64,000 nt of DNA, from NCBI GenBank assembly GCA_013813715.1, contig JACCRF010000148.1, forward strand, positions 6,562-70,561, written 5' to 3'. Shown piece by piece: positions 55,098-64,000 of this stretch. A program made the translations under genes and the position numbers. The first letter of the stretch is position 1. Every line of letters starts with the position of its first letter. Below the pieces are notes generated by a model, which searched no databases, was not told the DNA's origin, and saw nothing but the letters and a program-made list of their open reading frames with translations. Source of the DNA: Gemmatimonadaceae bacterium (GTDB lineage Bacteria; Gemmatimonadota; Gemmatimonadetes; Gemmatimonadales; Gemmatimonadaceae).

Positions 55098-56111
55098 ATG
55101 CACGAGATAAGGGACATCACCATCATCGGCGGCGGGCCGACCGGGCTCTTCGCCTCCTTTTACGCCGGTATGCGCGGCGCGACCGCCCAGATCGTTGACA
55201 CTCTCCCACAGCTCGGCGGGCAGCTCACGGCGCTGTACCCCGAGAAGTACATCTTTGACGTCGCTGGCTTCGCGAAGGTGCTCGCCAAGGATCTCGTGCA
55301 CTCGCTTACGGAGCAGACCGCTCAGTTCCATTTTCCCTCGTTCCTCGGCCAGCATGTCACGGGGCTCGAAGAAGAGGACGGCCATTTCGTGCTCGTCACC
55401 GATACCGACCGCTTCCCGACGCGGTCGGTGGTAATAGCGGCCGGAATCGGCGCGTTCTCACCCCGCCGGCTCCCGCAGCAATGCGCCGATCCCTGGTACG
55501 GCAGGGGGATCTTCGACAACGTGGCCGATCCTGAGGCCTTTCGGGGCCAGAAGATTGTGATCATCGGTGGTGGCGACTCGGCCTTCGACTGGGCACACCA
55601 GCTCCGCGACCGGGCGGCAGCCGTGACGCTGGTGCATCGTAGCGACAAGTACCGGGCCCATGGAGCCACGGTAGGCGAGGTGAACGCCGCCGTCGCTGCT
55701 GGCCGCACGACTCTGCTGCCGTTCTACGAGCTGCACGAGATCATTGCCGACGGCGACCGCCTCAGCGCGATCGTCGTCCGCGAGGTCAAGACGAAAGAGA
55801 CGCGGACGATCGAGGCCGATTGTGTCCTGCCGATGCTCGGCTTCATAAGTGACATCGGACCGCTGGCCGAGTGGGGACTGAATCTCGAGAAGCACGAGAT
55901 TGTCGTGAACTCGCTGATGGAGACGGGTCGGCCTGGGGTTTACGCGGCGGGCGACATCACTTCATATCCAGGAAAGCTCAAATTGATCGCGACCGGGTTT
56001 GCCGAAGCGGCGACGGCCGTAAACCAGGCTTTTCACTGGATTTACCCGGACAAGAAGGTAAATCCGGGGCACAGTTCGAACATGGCGGTGTTCGGGCAGA
56101 AGGACGATTAG
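55098..56111 (+). CDS. TrxB-like ferredoxin--NADP+ reductase (YumC-type)
   Basis: GGGPTG, YPEKYIFDV, GIGAFSPRR, GGGDSA, YAAGD..YPGKLKLIATGF; no CxxC. Confidence 0.9.
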   Translation: MHEIRDITIIGGGPTGLFASFYAGMRGATAQIVDTLPQLGGQLTALYPEKYIFDVAGFAKVLAKDLVHSLTEQTAQFHFPSFLGQHVTGLEEEDGHFVLVTDTDRFPTRSVVIAAGIGAFSPRRLPQQCADPWYGRGIFDNVADPEAFRGQKIVIIGGGDSAFDWAHQLRDRAAAVTLVHRSDKYRAHGATVGEVNAAVAAGRTTLLPFYELHEIIADGDRLSAIVVREVKTKETRTIEADCVLPMLGFISDIGPLAEWGLNLEKHEIVVNSLMETGRPGVYAAGDITSYPGKLKLIATGFAEAATAVNQAFHWIYPDKKVNPGHSSNMAVFGQKDD

Positions 56112-56200
56112 TCCGCACGCTCCGCACCTGAAGCTCAGTCCGCACGACCGCGGTGCAGCAGGGTAGTTCTATTTTCCGTACTTAAATGCACCACGCGAAC
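56111..56200. repeat. Short-period tandem/palindromic element between convergent genes
   Basis: 9-nt-period GTCCGCACG/CTCCGCACC units at 56111-56146; GCAGCAGGGTAGTTCTA (56155-56171) is 16/17 identical to 42668-42684. Confidence 0.45.
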
Positions 56201-56232
56201 CCGAATTGCGCGAAGAACTTTTTTCGCACACG

Positions 56233-57153
56233 TCAGCTATAGGCCACCCTTGGATCAGCCTTCGCGTACGCGAGGTCAGTAATCAGGTTCACCATCACGA
56301 AGACAACGCTGAGGAACAGAACCGACCCATTGATCGCCGGCAGGTCGCGACGCGCGATAGCGTTCACCACGTAGCGCCCGATCCCAGGCCAACTGAAAAT
56401 CGTCTCGGTGAGAATGCTCCCGGTGAGGTAGTACCCGAAATCGAGTCCCAGCACCGTGATGATCGGGATCAAAGCGTTTCGCAGCGCGTGCCTGCCGACG
56501 ACGACTCGCTCACGAAGCCCCTTGGCGCGCGCCGTCCGAACGAAATCGCCGCCCAGCACCTCGAGCATCGATGACCTCGTCACCCGCGCCAGAAATGCGA
56601 TGGAACGAGACCCAAGCGCGAACGCCGGCAGAATCAGATACTTGACCCCGCCATACCCCGAGGGCGGAAGCCACTTGAGGTTCACCGCGAAGATAAGAAT
56701 CAGAATCAGTCCCACCCAGTACACAGGGAACGAGATTCCAAGGTACGCGAGGCCGAGGCCCAATCGGTCGAACCACCCGCCGGGATTCCGCGCGCTCAAA
56801 ACTCCAATCGTTATGCCGACGATCGAAGCCAGCAGCATCGCGGAGCCGGCGAGGAGAAGCGTCTTGGGGAAACGCTCTTTGATGTCCTGGACGATGGGGC
56901 GCTGCGTGATATAGGAGTTGCCGAGGTCTCCCTTCAGAACTCCGGCTGTATAAGCCGCGAACTGTTTGTAGATGGGTTCGTCGAGGTGCAGCTCTTTCCG
57001 GAGACGCGCGATCGTCTCGGCGTCAGCGCGTTCGCCCACCATGTCCTGCACCGGATCACCGGGCGCGACATAGAGCAGCAGAAAGACGACGACCATCACT
57101 CCGAACAGAGTCGGAATGGACAACGCGAGCCGCCGAATGACGAACGCGAACAT
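56233..57153 (-). CDS. Peptide ABC transporter permease (DppB/OppB-like)
   Basis: PGDP, LHLDEP..QF, ERFPKT, TRSSMLEVLGGDFVRTARAKGL, DLAYAKADPR. Confidence 0.93.
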   Translation of the reverse strand: MFAFVIRRLALSIPTLFGVMVVVFLLLYVAPGDPVQDMVGERADAETIARLRKELHLDEPIYKQFAAYTAGVLKGDLGNSYITQRPIVQDIKERFPKTLLLAGSAMLLASIVGITIGVLSARNPGGWFDRLGLGLAYLGISFPVYWVGLILILIFAVNLKWLPPSGYGGVKYLILPAFALGSRSIAFLARVTRSSMLEVLGGDFVRTARAKGLRERVVVGRHALRNALIPIITVLGLDFGYYLTGSILTETIFSWPGIGRYVVNAIARRDLPAINGSVLFLSVVFVMVNLITDLAYAKADPRVAYS

Positions 57154-57174
57154 CAATTCATCAGGTCAGCGTGG

Positions 57175-58731
57175 TCAACGCTGGATCTGCACGTCTGTCC
57201 ACCGCTGGCCGGTGAAGATCGTCGGAACCTTGAAGGCCTTGATCCACGGCTGAATCGCGTACAGCTCCTTGTAAAAGAACAGGTAGATCATTGGCGCATC
57301 GGCAAACGCCACCTGGTCGGCCTGCGCGTACATTGTGACGCGCTTTGCCTCGTCCTGCTCCCGCCGCGAAGTGGCCACTAACTCATCGAACCGCGGGTTG
57401 GAGTAGAATGACACGTTGCCGCCGACGCCCTTGTTTGCGGAATGCAGCAGCGGATAGAGAAAATTCTCTGCGTCCGGATAGTCGGCGAACCAGTCCTTGA
57501 GCGCGAGGTCGGTTTGTCCAGCTCGCGCGGCCTCGCGCATCGACGATGCATCGCGCTGCACGAGTTTCACGCGCACGCCGGCCTCGAGAAGATTCGCCTG
57601 AATCGTCTGGGCGATGCGCGGGAAGGGAGGCGTCTGCGATGACCACAGCTCGACGTCTATTCCGTTGCTGTGGCCGGCCGCCGCGAGAAGCTGCTTCGCC
57701 TTCGCGATGTCGCGCCTGTAGCCCGCCCTCGCCGAGTCGCCACCAGGAAGCGCCGGAGGAATTACACCCGCCGAAAGATTTCCCCGGCCGCTCATGATTC
57801 CCTCGAGGATTCCCGCTGCATCGGTCGCGTGGTTGAGCGCCTGGCGCACGCGCGCATCGGCGAGCGGCCCGCGCGTCGTATTGATCGCCACATACATCAT
57901 CCTGAGCGCCGGCGCAGACTCGAGCATTGCTTTCTTCTCGTCGGTCTGCTCCCAGTTTCGCGTTTCACCCTCGGGGACATATAGCACGTCGACGTTTCCG
58001 CTCTCGAACTCCGCGACGGCGGTGCTCGGCTCGGGGATGATTCTCGCTTTCAGGCTGTCGGCTTCGGGGGCGCTGTCGAAGTAATCCGGGTTCTTCGCGA
58101 ACAGCAGGTAGTCGTCATGCTTCCATTCGACGAACTTCCAGGGCCCCGTACCGATTGGATGCTCGCCGAAGTTGGATGGCACCGAGTCGGGCACGATTGC
58201 CGCGACCGGCATGGCGAGCAGCTTCGGAAAGATCGCGAATGGCTCGGCCAGAGTAATGACGACGGTGGTGTCGTTCGGGGCGGAGAGTCCGGTAATCGTC
58301 CGGCCCTTGCCGTCGGCGTAATCCTTGGCGCCGGCGATCGGATAGAGCGGCCAGCCGCGCCCGCCTTTTGTCGCGGGATCGAGCACGCGCTGGAAGCTGC
58401 TCAGCACGTTTCGCGCTCTGAACGGCCGGCCGTCGTGGAACTTTACTCCGCTTCGAAGGTGAAACGTATAAGTCCGGCCATCGGTGGAAACATCCCACGC
58501 GCGGGCAAGGCCGGGCACCACCTGAGCGTCCGGCGTGAAGCGGACCAGACCGTCGAACACATATCCCACTGCACGACCAGTGGGAACGTCGGTGGACAGT
58601 GCGGGGTCGAGCGATCGCGGGTCGTACGTATCACGCGAATCGATGAGGGTGCGGCGCGCGGGAGAGCTTTCGCCTCCCATGCAGGCCATTGCCAGCAACA
58701 AAGTTACGAGAGCATATCGCCGAGTGCGCAT
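57175..58731 (-). CDS. Peptide ABC transporter substrate-binding lipoprotein (family 5)
   Basis: Lipobox AMAC; SLDPA, FHLRSGVKFHDG, PIGTGPW, VRQALNHA. Confidence 0.93.
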   Translation of the reverse strand: MRTRRYALVTLLLAMACMGGESSPARRTLIDSRDTYDPRSLDPALSTDVPTGRAVGYVFDGLVRFTPDAQVVPGLARAWDVSTDGRTYTFHLRSGVKFHDGRPFRARNVLSSFQRVLDPATKGGRGWPLYPIAGAKDYADGKGRTITGLSAPNDTTVVITLAEPFAIFPKLLAMPVAAIVPDSVPSNFGEHPIGTGPWKFVEWKHDDYLLFAKNPDYFDSAPEADSLKARIIPEPSTAVAEFESGNVDVLYVPEGETRNWEQTDEKKAMLESAPALRMMYVAINTTRGPLADARVRQALNHATDAAGILEGIMSGRGNLSAGVIPPALPGGDSARAGYRRDIAKAKQLLAAAGHSNGIDVELWSSQTPPFPRIAQTIQANLLEAGVRVKLVQRDASSMREAARAGQTDLALKDWFADYPDAENFLYPLLHSANKGVGGNVSFYSNPRFDELVATSRREQDEAKRVTMYAQADQVAFADAPMIYLFFYKELYAIQPWIKAFKVPTIFTGQRWTDVQIQR

Positions 58732-58797
58732 CAGTGAACCGTTGACATTGTGGGGGCGGACGCGAGAACTTACCGGGCCTTCGAGAAGGCGTCAAAC

Positions 58798-59016
58798 ATG
58801 AGCGAAGACTACTATTATAGGCGCCAGCTTGGGGCCGCTGAGCTGGTGCCGGCCATCGGTGTTGGCATCGCGGCGGGGCTGGCCGGTTTTTATCTGGTGC
58901 AACTGTTAGTCCAGCGTACTCCGCTCGTGCCGTCGCCCGCAGTCGTCCGCGAGCCGCCCTTACCCGATCCGAAAAGCGGGCCGGCGGGTCCGTGGGACCG
59001 AAAGCGACGGGGTTGA
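58798..59016 (+). CDS. Small single-TM protein (72 aa) coupled to tamA
   Basis: MSEDYYYRRQL, hydrophobic AIGVGIAAGLAGFYLVQLLV, Pro-rich tail; TGATG overlap with the next gene. Confidence 0.65.
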   Translation: MSEDYYYRRQLGAAELVPAIGVGIAAGLAGFYLVQLLVQRTPLVPSPAVVREPPLPDPKSGPAGPWDRKRRG

Positions 59017-61280
59017 TGCGCCCCGCACGGGCGCGTGCTCTCTCCATGCTCGGCTGCGCCCTGCTCGTCCTCACCTTCGTGGCACCCGCATCAGCGCAGG
59101 ACGTAAACTGCGACCCAGGCGACCTCGAAGTCCGTGGGCTCTCCTTCAGTGGCAACGAAGCGTTTCGCGACGCCGAGCTGTCGAGGATCATCGTAACGAC
59201 TCCCTCGGCGTTCGCGCGGAGAACGCTCCGTCTGCCGCTCACGGCGCGACGATGCCTCGATCGTAGTGAGCTTCCCAAGGATCGCGCGCGTCTCGTGATT
59301 TATTACCGGAGGCGTGGCTACCCCGACGCCGCGGTTGATACCGCCGTGCGCAACATCGGCAGGGATGGAGTCGAGGTGCGGTTCCTGATTAGCGAGGGAC
59401 TGCCGACGCGGCTCGAGTCGTTCGTCGTGCAGGGCCTGGACTCGGTGCGCGACCGCGCCTCGGTCACCCGCGATCTTCCGATCCGCGCCGGCGGCCGCTT
59501 CGACCGGATACACATCGAGGCGGCACGTGACACCATCGCGCGCCGGCTTCGCAACACCGGTTACCCCCGCGCTCAGGTGACGAACAGCTTCGACGTTGAC
59601 GACGCGCGAAGAGTGGCGTTCGACACGATCGCCGTCTCGCCGGGCCCGTTCACCCGAATCGGCGGCGTCGACATCGATGTCGTCCCTTTCGCTTCAAAGC
59701 CCCAGCAGGTACCGGATGGCGTCGTGCGCCGAATCATCGGTCTCGACTCAGGGCGGGTGTACCGCGAAGAGGAGGTTCTCAACGCTCAGCGCACGCTCTA
59801 CCGCACCGAGGCGTACCAGCACGTCTCTCTGCTCACCGATTCGGCGTCCGGTGCCGCCGACTCGACCATCGACATCAAGGCATTGCTCGTCGAGAACACC
59901 ACGAGATCAGCGCGGCTTGGTGCGGGCTACGGAACGCTCGACTGCTTTCGTCTGACGGGCGAGCTGTCGAGCTACAATTTCCTGCGCACCGCGCGGCGAC
60001 TGGATCTGACGACGAGAGTTTCGAAGATCGGGATCGGCGAGCCCCTCGCCGGTGCGAGAGAGTTGTGCCCCCAGGCAAAGCGTGATCCGTTCAGCGCGAA
60101 ACTCAACTACTACGTCGGTGCGACGCTCCGCCAGCCCGTTTTCTTCGGGCTGCGTACGATTCCGACCATCACCGTTTTCAGCGAGCGGGTGTCGGAGTAC
60201 AACGCGTACCTGAGGACAACCGCGATCGGAGGGATCGCGTCACTTGAATGGCGCCAGTTCTCCCGCCTTCCCTTCACCCTTGCATACTCGATGGACCTCG
60301 GCCGCACGGAAGCGCAGCCCGCGCTCTTCTGCGCCGTGTTCAACATCTGCGACCAGGAAGACAGGCGGCGCGTGCAGCAGACGCAACGGCTTGCGGTCGT
60401 CAGCGCGATTGTCTCCCGCGACAACTCGAACAGCCTGGTATCTCCGACCCACGGATCGCAGTGGCGAGTCGAGGCCCGGCATGCGTCGCGATTCATCCTG
60501 TCCGACACGGCGCTGCAATTCAACAAGCTTCTGGCCGAGCGTTCGCAGTACTGGGGATCACCGGGCGGGGCGGTTGTCGCGCTCCGCGTTCGCGGCGGGG
60601 CGGTGTTCGGCCGCACGTTCGGAACGGTGACCGGTTTTATTCCGCCGCAGGAGCGACTCTACGCCGGCGGCCCCACGACGGTCCGCGGATTCTCGCAGAA
60701 CGAGCTTGGCTCTGCGATTTACATCGCGCGGTCGTTCGTCGTCGTCGAGTCGCCCTCGCTCGGGTACACGGTGTTCCGCGTTGCTGACAGCGTCCGCGAC
60801 TTTCGCCGGGCGGTTCCCGTCGGCGGAAACTCGCTCGTGGTTGGTAATCTCGAGCTGCGGCTGCCGAGCCCGTTCCTGCCGGAGCTGCTTCAGTGGACGC
60901 TGTTCACCGATGCAGGCGACGTCTGGAACCGCGGCGGCGCAGGCAATTTTCGGAATTTTTCGATCAAGGTTACGCCCGGAATTCAGGTTACTGCTTTCTC
61001 TCCCGTGGGTCCGGTTCGGGTGGTGCTCGGTTACAATCCGTATGACAGGCCTCGGGGGCCGCTCTATTTCGAGGTGCCGAGCAATCAGCCGGTGGACGGT
61101 CGGAGCCCGGCGGCCGGGACGCTTCCCTGTGTGAGTCCCGGGAACACACTGCGAGTGACCCTCGTGGACGGCGTGCTCGAGCAGGCCGAGGGAGTCTGCG
61201 AGGCGAAGTTCGTTCCGCGGTCTGACAACAGCTTTCGCAGTCGCCTGACATTCGGTCTCGCGATCGGACAGGCGTTCTAG
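59016..61280 (+). CDS. tamA: Omp85/TamA-family outer-membrane protein with POTRA domains
   Basis: POTRA-type segments (YYRRRGYPDAAV, LRNTGYPRA), YAGGPTTVRGF lid motif, C-terminal FGLAIGQAF; precedes a TamB-like gene. Confidence 0.82.
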   Translation: MRPARARALSMLGCALLVLTFVAPASAQDVNCDPGDLEVRGLSFSGNEAFRDAELSRIIVTTPSAFARRTLRLPLTARRCLDRSELPKDRARLVIYYRRRGYPDAAVDTAVRNIGRDGVEVRFLISEGLPTRLESFVVQGLDSVRDRASVTRDLPIRAGGRFDRIHIEAARDTIARRLRNTGYPRAQVTNSFDVDDARRVAFDTIAVSPGPFTRIGGVDIDVVPFASKPQQVPDGVVRRIIGLDSGRVYREEEVLNAQRTLYRTEAYQHVSLLTDSASGAADSTIDIKALLVENTTRSARLGAGYGTLDCFRLTGELSSYNFLRTARRLDLTTRVSKIGIGEPLAGARELCPQAKRDPFSAKLNYYVGATLRQPVFFGLRTIPTITVFSERVSEYNAYLRTTAIGGIASLEWRQFSRLPFTLAYSMDLGRTEAQPALFCAVFNICDQEDRRRVQQTQRLAVVSAIVSRDNSNSLVSPTHGSQWRVEARHASRFILSDTALQFNKLLAERSQYWGSPGGAVVALRVRGGAVFGRTFGTVTGFIPPQERLYAGGPTTVRGFSQNELGSAIYIARSFVVVESPSLGYTVFRVADSVRDFRRAVPVGGNSLVVGNLELRLPSPFLPELLQWTLFTDAGDVWNRGGAGNFRNFSIKVTPGIQVTAFSPVGPVRVVLGYNPYDRPRGPLYFEVPSNQPVDGRSPAAGTLPCVSPGNTLRVTLVDGVLEQAEGVCEAKFVPRSDNSFRSRLTFGLAIGQAF

Positions 61281-61289
61281 GCAGCGACG

Positions 61290-64000
61290 ATGCCACGCCG
61301 GCAGCGAATCGTAGTAACGAGTGGGATCATCCTCGTGAGTGTCATCGCGCTCATGGCCCTCGTCGCCTTGTCCATTACGCGGACCGAGTACGGACAGGGA
61401 CAGGTGCGCAAGTTCGTGCAGGCGTGGGTTTCCGGGAAAGTGCGCGGAACGATTCACGTCGGGCGGATCAGCGGCGGCCTCTTGAACGGTGTTGTTATCG
61501 ACTCGCTGGAGATTCGCGACGATCAGGACTCGCTGTTCCTCAGCTCGGGCAAGATCCGCGTTCGTTACGACCTGCGCGATCTCTTCGACCGGCGAATCCT
61601 GCTGAGCCATCTGAACATTGAGCACCCGGTGGTCCACGTCACGCAGCATGAGAATGGCGACTGGAACTGGCGGCGCATTTTTCCTGAAGGGGCGGAGACT
61701 CCGCAATCGGCCGGGCGTGGCTTCGGCTATTTCATAGTGATGGATTCGGCGGATGTGCGCGACGCCGTGATCCGTCTTACCCTGCCGTGGCATCCGTCTG
61801 ACACATTGCGGGGATCGAAGCGCGACAGTGCCGTCGCACACGCGCTCGGATCGCTCACCCGCGCGAGTCCGGGCAACCAGTGGCGAAGCGAGATTCGCCG
61901 CACCGGTGAGGGGCTCGCGCGGACATGGCGCTTCACCTCGGTGAACGCCAGCCTGGGGTACGCGCGCATCGCCGATCCCGACAGTGTCGGCCGGTTCTTC
62001 CGCATCTCTCGCGCGTCGCTCAACTCGGCCGACCCGCCGATGAAATTCCGGAACGTCAGGGCGGACGTCCGCCATCTCGGAGATTCCATCTGGCTTGACG
62101 CGTCGCACTTCGACCTGCCGGGATCAACCGGCCGGGCGGACGGCAAAATCGTCTGGGGCAGCGACCTGCCGATACGCTACGCCATCGACGTTGTCGGTGA
62201 TTCCGTCTCGCTACGCGATGTGGCCTGGGTGTATCCGACGCTTCCGACTACAGGCGGCGGACGCCTCGATCTCGAGATCAACAACGTCCGCCATCCCCGA
62301 GTCATCGACTACGCGCTGCGCAACATCGACGTGCGGACAGCTGGATCTCGCCTTAAAGGCAACATGACATACGGCGTCGGCGGGCCGGTGCTGGTGGTGA
62401 AGGACGTGGACCTCGAGGCGGCCCCCCTCGACTTTGCACTGATCCGGGCGCTCAACGGTAAGCCTTTCCCGCTGCCCTGGAACGGAAGGTTCATCGGATT
62501 CGCGCGCGGGCCCGGTGGGCCGCTCAACCGCTTTCGCGTGGAGGAATCGAGGTTCAGTTTCTCGGACGGCAACGTGCCCGGCGCGGTCACGACGGGCTCG
62601 GCACGCGGCGAGTTGAACATTCTCTATCCCGCTTTCACGATTTTTCGCGGGTTGGAGGTGAACGTCGAGGCTCTCGACGTGCGGACGCTGCAGTTCCTGA
62701 ATCCTGCCTTTCCGGAGATCAAGGGATCCATCTCCGGCGTCGCGCGTCTCGACTCGTCGTGGCTCGACGCGAGGTTCTCGAACGCGGATCTTGTGCATCG
62801 GGACGGCGACGCGCCAATCTCGCGGGTCACCGGAAGCGGCCGGGTGACGTACGGCGAGATGTTCATGACGTACGATCTCGCTCTCGAGGCGGCGCCCATT
62901 TCGATGACATCGCTGGCGCGTTCGTATCCCGACATTCCGCTGCGCGGCAACTATACCGGCCCGCTGACGGTGAAAGGCACGCCGCCCGCGCTTGAGATCG
63001 TCACGACGCTCACCGGCGGCGGCGGAACGATCGCCTACAGCGGGACCGTAGACGCGAACCTGCCGCTGTACGGTGCGCGGGGCAGCGGCACGGTCTCGGC
63101 GCTCAACGTGCGCGCCCTCATCGAGAACCCGAAGGCGCCGCGCACCCTGCTTACGGGCGACTACATCGTTGATTTCGTCGGAGACTCGATCGTCACCGGC
63201 ACCGGCGCCATCGGCACGTCGCTCGCGGGAACGATCGAGAAGCTGAACATCGCGTCCTCCACCGCAAGGGTGCGGCTGGACAACGGAATCGCGCGCATCG
63301 ACACGCTCCTCGTGAGAAGTGATGCGGCACATGCGAGCGCGTCCGGGACAGTCGGTCTCCGCCCGGGAATTGAAGGCCGGCTGGGGTTCGTGCTATCGGT
63401 CGACTCGCTCGCCGATGTTAGGCGCTACATCGGCGCGAACACGCCGATCTCGAGCGACTCGCTCCGTGGATCGCTTCGCGTGGCGGGCGATCTCAGCGGA
63501 ACCACCGAGCGGCTCGGACTCGTCGGGACGATCCACGGCCGTGAGTTGTTCGTCGAAGGAAAGAGCGTGGAACAGATCGCCGGAAAATTCGCGCTGACCG
63601 ATCTCACGAAGCAGCCCGCTGGGCAGGTCACCCTCACCGCCGACACGATTCGCGCGGGTGCGTTCGGGTTCACATCGCTGACGGCCACCGCCGACGTTCG
63701 GTCGGCGACGAGCGCGGGGTTCAGTGCGCGTCTCGCGAGTGAGGGAGGCGTGATCTCGACGATCGGTGGCAGCGCGACGCTGAGCGGCGACACCGTGCGT
63801 CTCGCGGTGGACTCGGGCGCAATGACGGTCACGAGTGGCAACGACTATCGGCTCGAGTCGCCGGTTCATGTCACTCTGATGCCGGGCGGGGGGACGCTCG
63901 ACTCGCTGCTGTTGCGACACTCCAGCACCGCGCGGCTTGCGATCCGCGACGTGCGGCTCACCGGCGATTCGGTTCGGGGGAACGTCCGCACCGACAGCGT
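61290..64000 (+). CDS. tamB: TamB/AsmA-like translocation-assembly protein (5' part, runs off the right edge)
   Basis: N-terminal TM anchor, then a long beta-rich frame open to the window end (GTIHVGRISGGLLNGVVIDSLEIRD..); directly downstream of the tamA-like gene. Confidence 0.78.
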   Translation, partial: MPRRQRIVVTSGIILVSVIALMALVALSITRTEYGQGQVRKFVQAWVSGKVRGTIHVGRISGGLLNGVVIDSLEIRDDQDSLFLSSGKIRVRYDLRDLFDRRILLSHLNIEHPVVHVTQHENGDWNWRRIFPEGAETPQSAGRGFGYFIVMDSADVRDAVIRLTLPWHPSDTLRGSKRDSAVAHALGSLTRASPGNQWRSEIRRTGEGLARTWRFTSVNASLGYARIADPDSVGRFFRISRASLNSADPPMKFRNVRADVRHLGDSIWLDASHFDLPGSTGRADGKIVWGSDLPIRYAIDVVGDSVSLRDVAWVYPTLPTTGGGRLDLEINNVRHPRVIDYALRNIDVRTAGSRLKGNMTYGVGGPVLVVKDVDLEAAPLDFALIRALNGKPFPLPWNGRFIGFARGPGGPLNRFRVEESRFSFSDGNVPGAVTTGSARGELNILYPAFTIFRGLEVNVEALDVRTLQFLNPAFPEIKGSISGVARLDSSWLDARFSNADLVHRDGDAPISRVTGSGRVTYGEMFMTYDLALEAAPISMTSLARSYPDIPLRGNYTGPLTVKGTPPALEIVTTLTGGGGTIAYSGTVDANLPLYGARGSGTVSALNVRALIENPKAPRTLLTGDYIVDFVGDSIVTGTGAIGTSLAGTIEKLNIASSTARVRLDNGIARIDTLLVRSDAAHASASGTVGLRPGIEGRLGFVLSVDSLADVRRYIGANTPISSDSLRGSLRVAGDLSGTTERLGLVGTIHGRELFVEGKSVEQIAGKFALTDLTKQPAGQVTLTADTIRAGAFGFTSLTATADVRSATSAGFSARLASEGGVISTIGGSATLSGDTVRLAVDSGAMTVTSGNDYRLESPVHVTLMPGGGTLDSLLLRHSSTARLAIRDVRLTGDSVRGNVRTDS

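Noticed and set aside
36210-56232. CRISPR array interpretation of the repeated motifs
   Set aside because: The repeats are inverted, dispersed and degenerate, with no regularly spaced direct repeats or cas genes.

Overview
This is a GC-rich bacterial chromosome segment. Its gene style (TolB/TPR-type Ser/Thr kinase, BlaI/M56, Oar-like TonB receptor, short RpoD-like sigma, many lipoproteins) suggests Gemmatimonadota; that assignment is my inference. I found about 55 coding regions and one tRNA-Asn(GTT), and no integrase, transposase, phage genes, rRNA or CRISPR. Much is housekeeping or catabolic: glpFK, eda, glcDEF, ygfZ-like, aroB, a PduO-type adenosyltransferase, an FNR, dppAB and tamAB. Two loci stand out. 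(1) 11.9-24.7 kb is a divergent pair of operons around two back-to-back ECF-type promoters. The left arm encodes DoxX, DedA/TVP38, a MerA-like flavoprotein without the C-terminal Cys pair, an ECF sigma with a ZAS/RskA anti-sigma, DUF3047 and a DM13 lipoprotein. The right arm encodes a YnjF-like CDP-alcohol phosphotransferase, a TonB receptor and a YnjBCD-like ABC importer. (2) 30.3-34.5 kb is a BlaI repressor, an M56 sensor-protease and a secreted HEAT protein. Both HEAT solenoids end in the same PWPWPWPxPRPxP tail, and a TGCTGA-W4-TCA(A/G)CA operator-like motif recurs upstream of both transcription units. Other observations: a junction of two 5'-truncated genes at about 2517, two apparent 1-nt frameshifts (possibly assembly errors), two probable CTG starts in CTGA overlaps, and several long-stem palindromic intergenic elements, one of which may supply a gene's start codon and signal peptide. 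All family assignments come from motif recognition; no database search was run.
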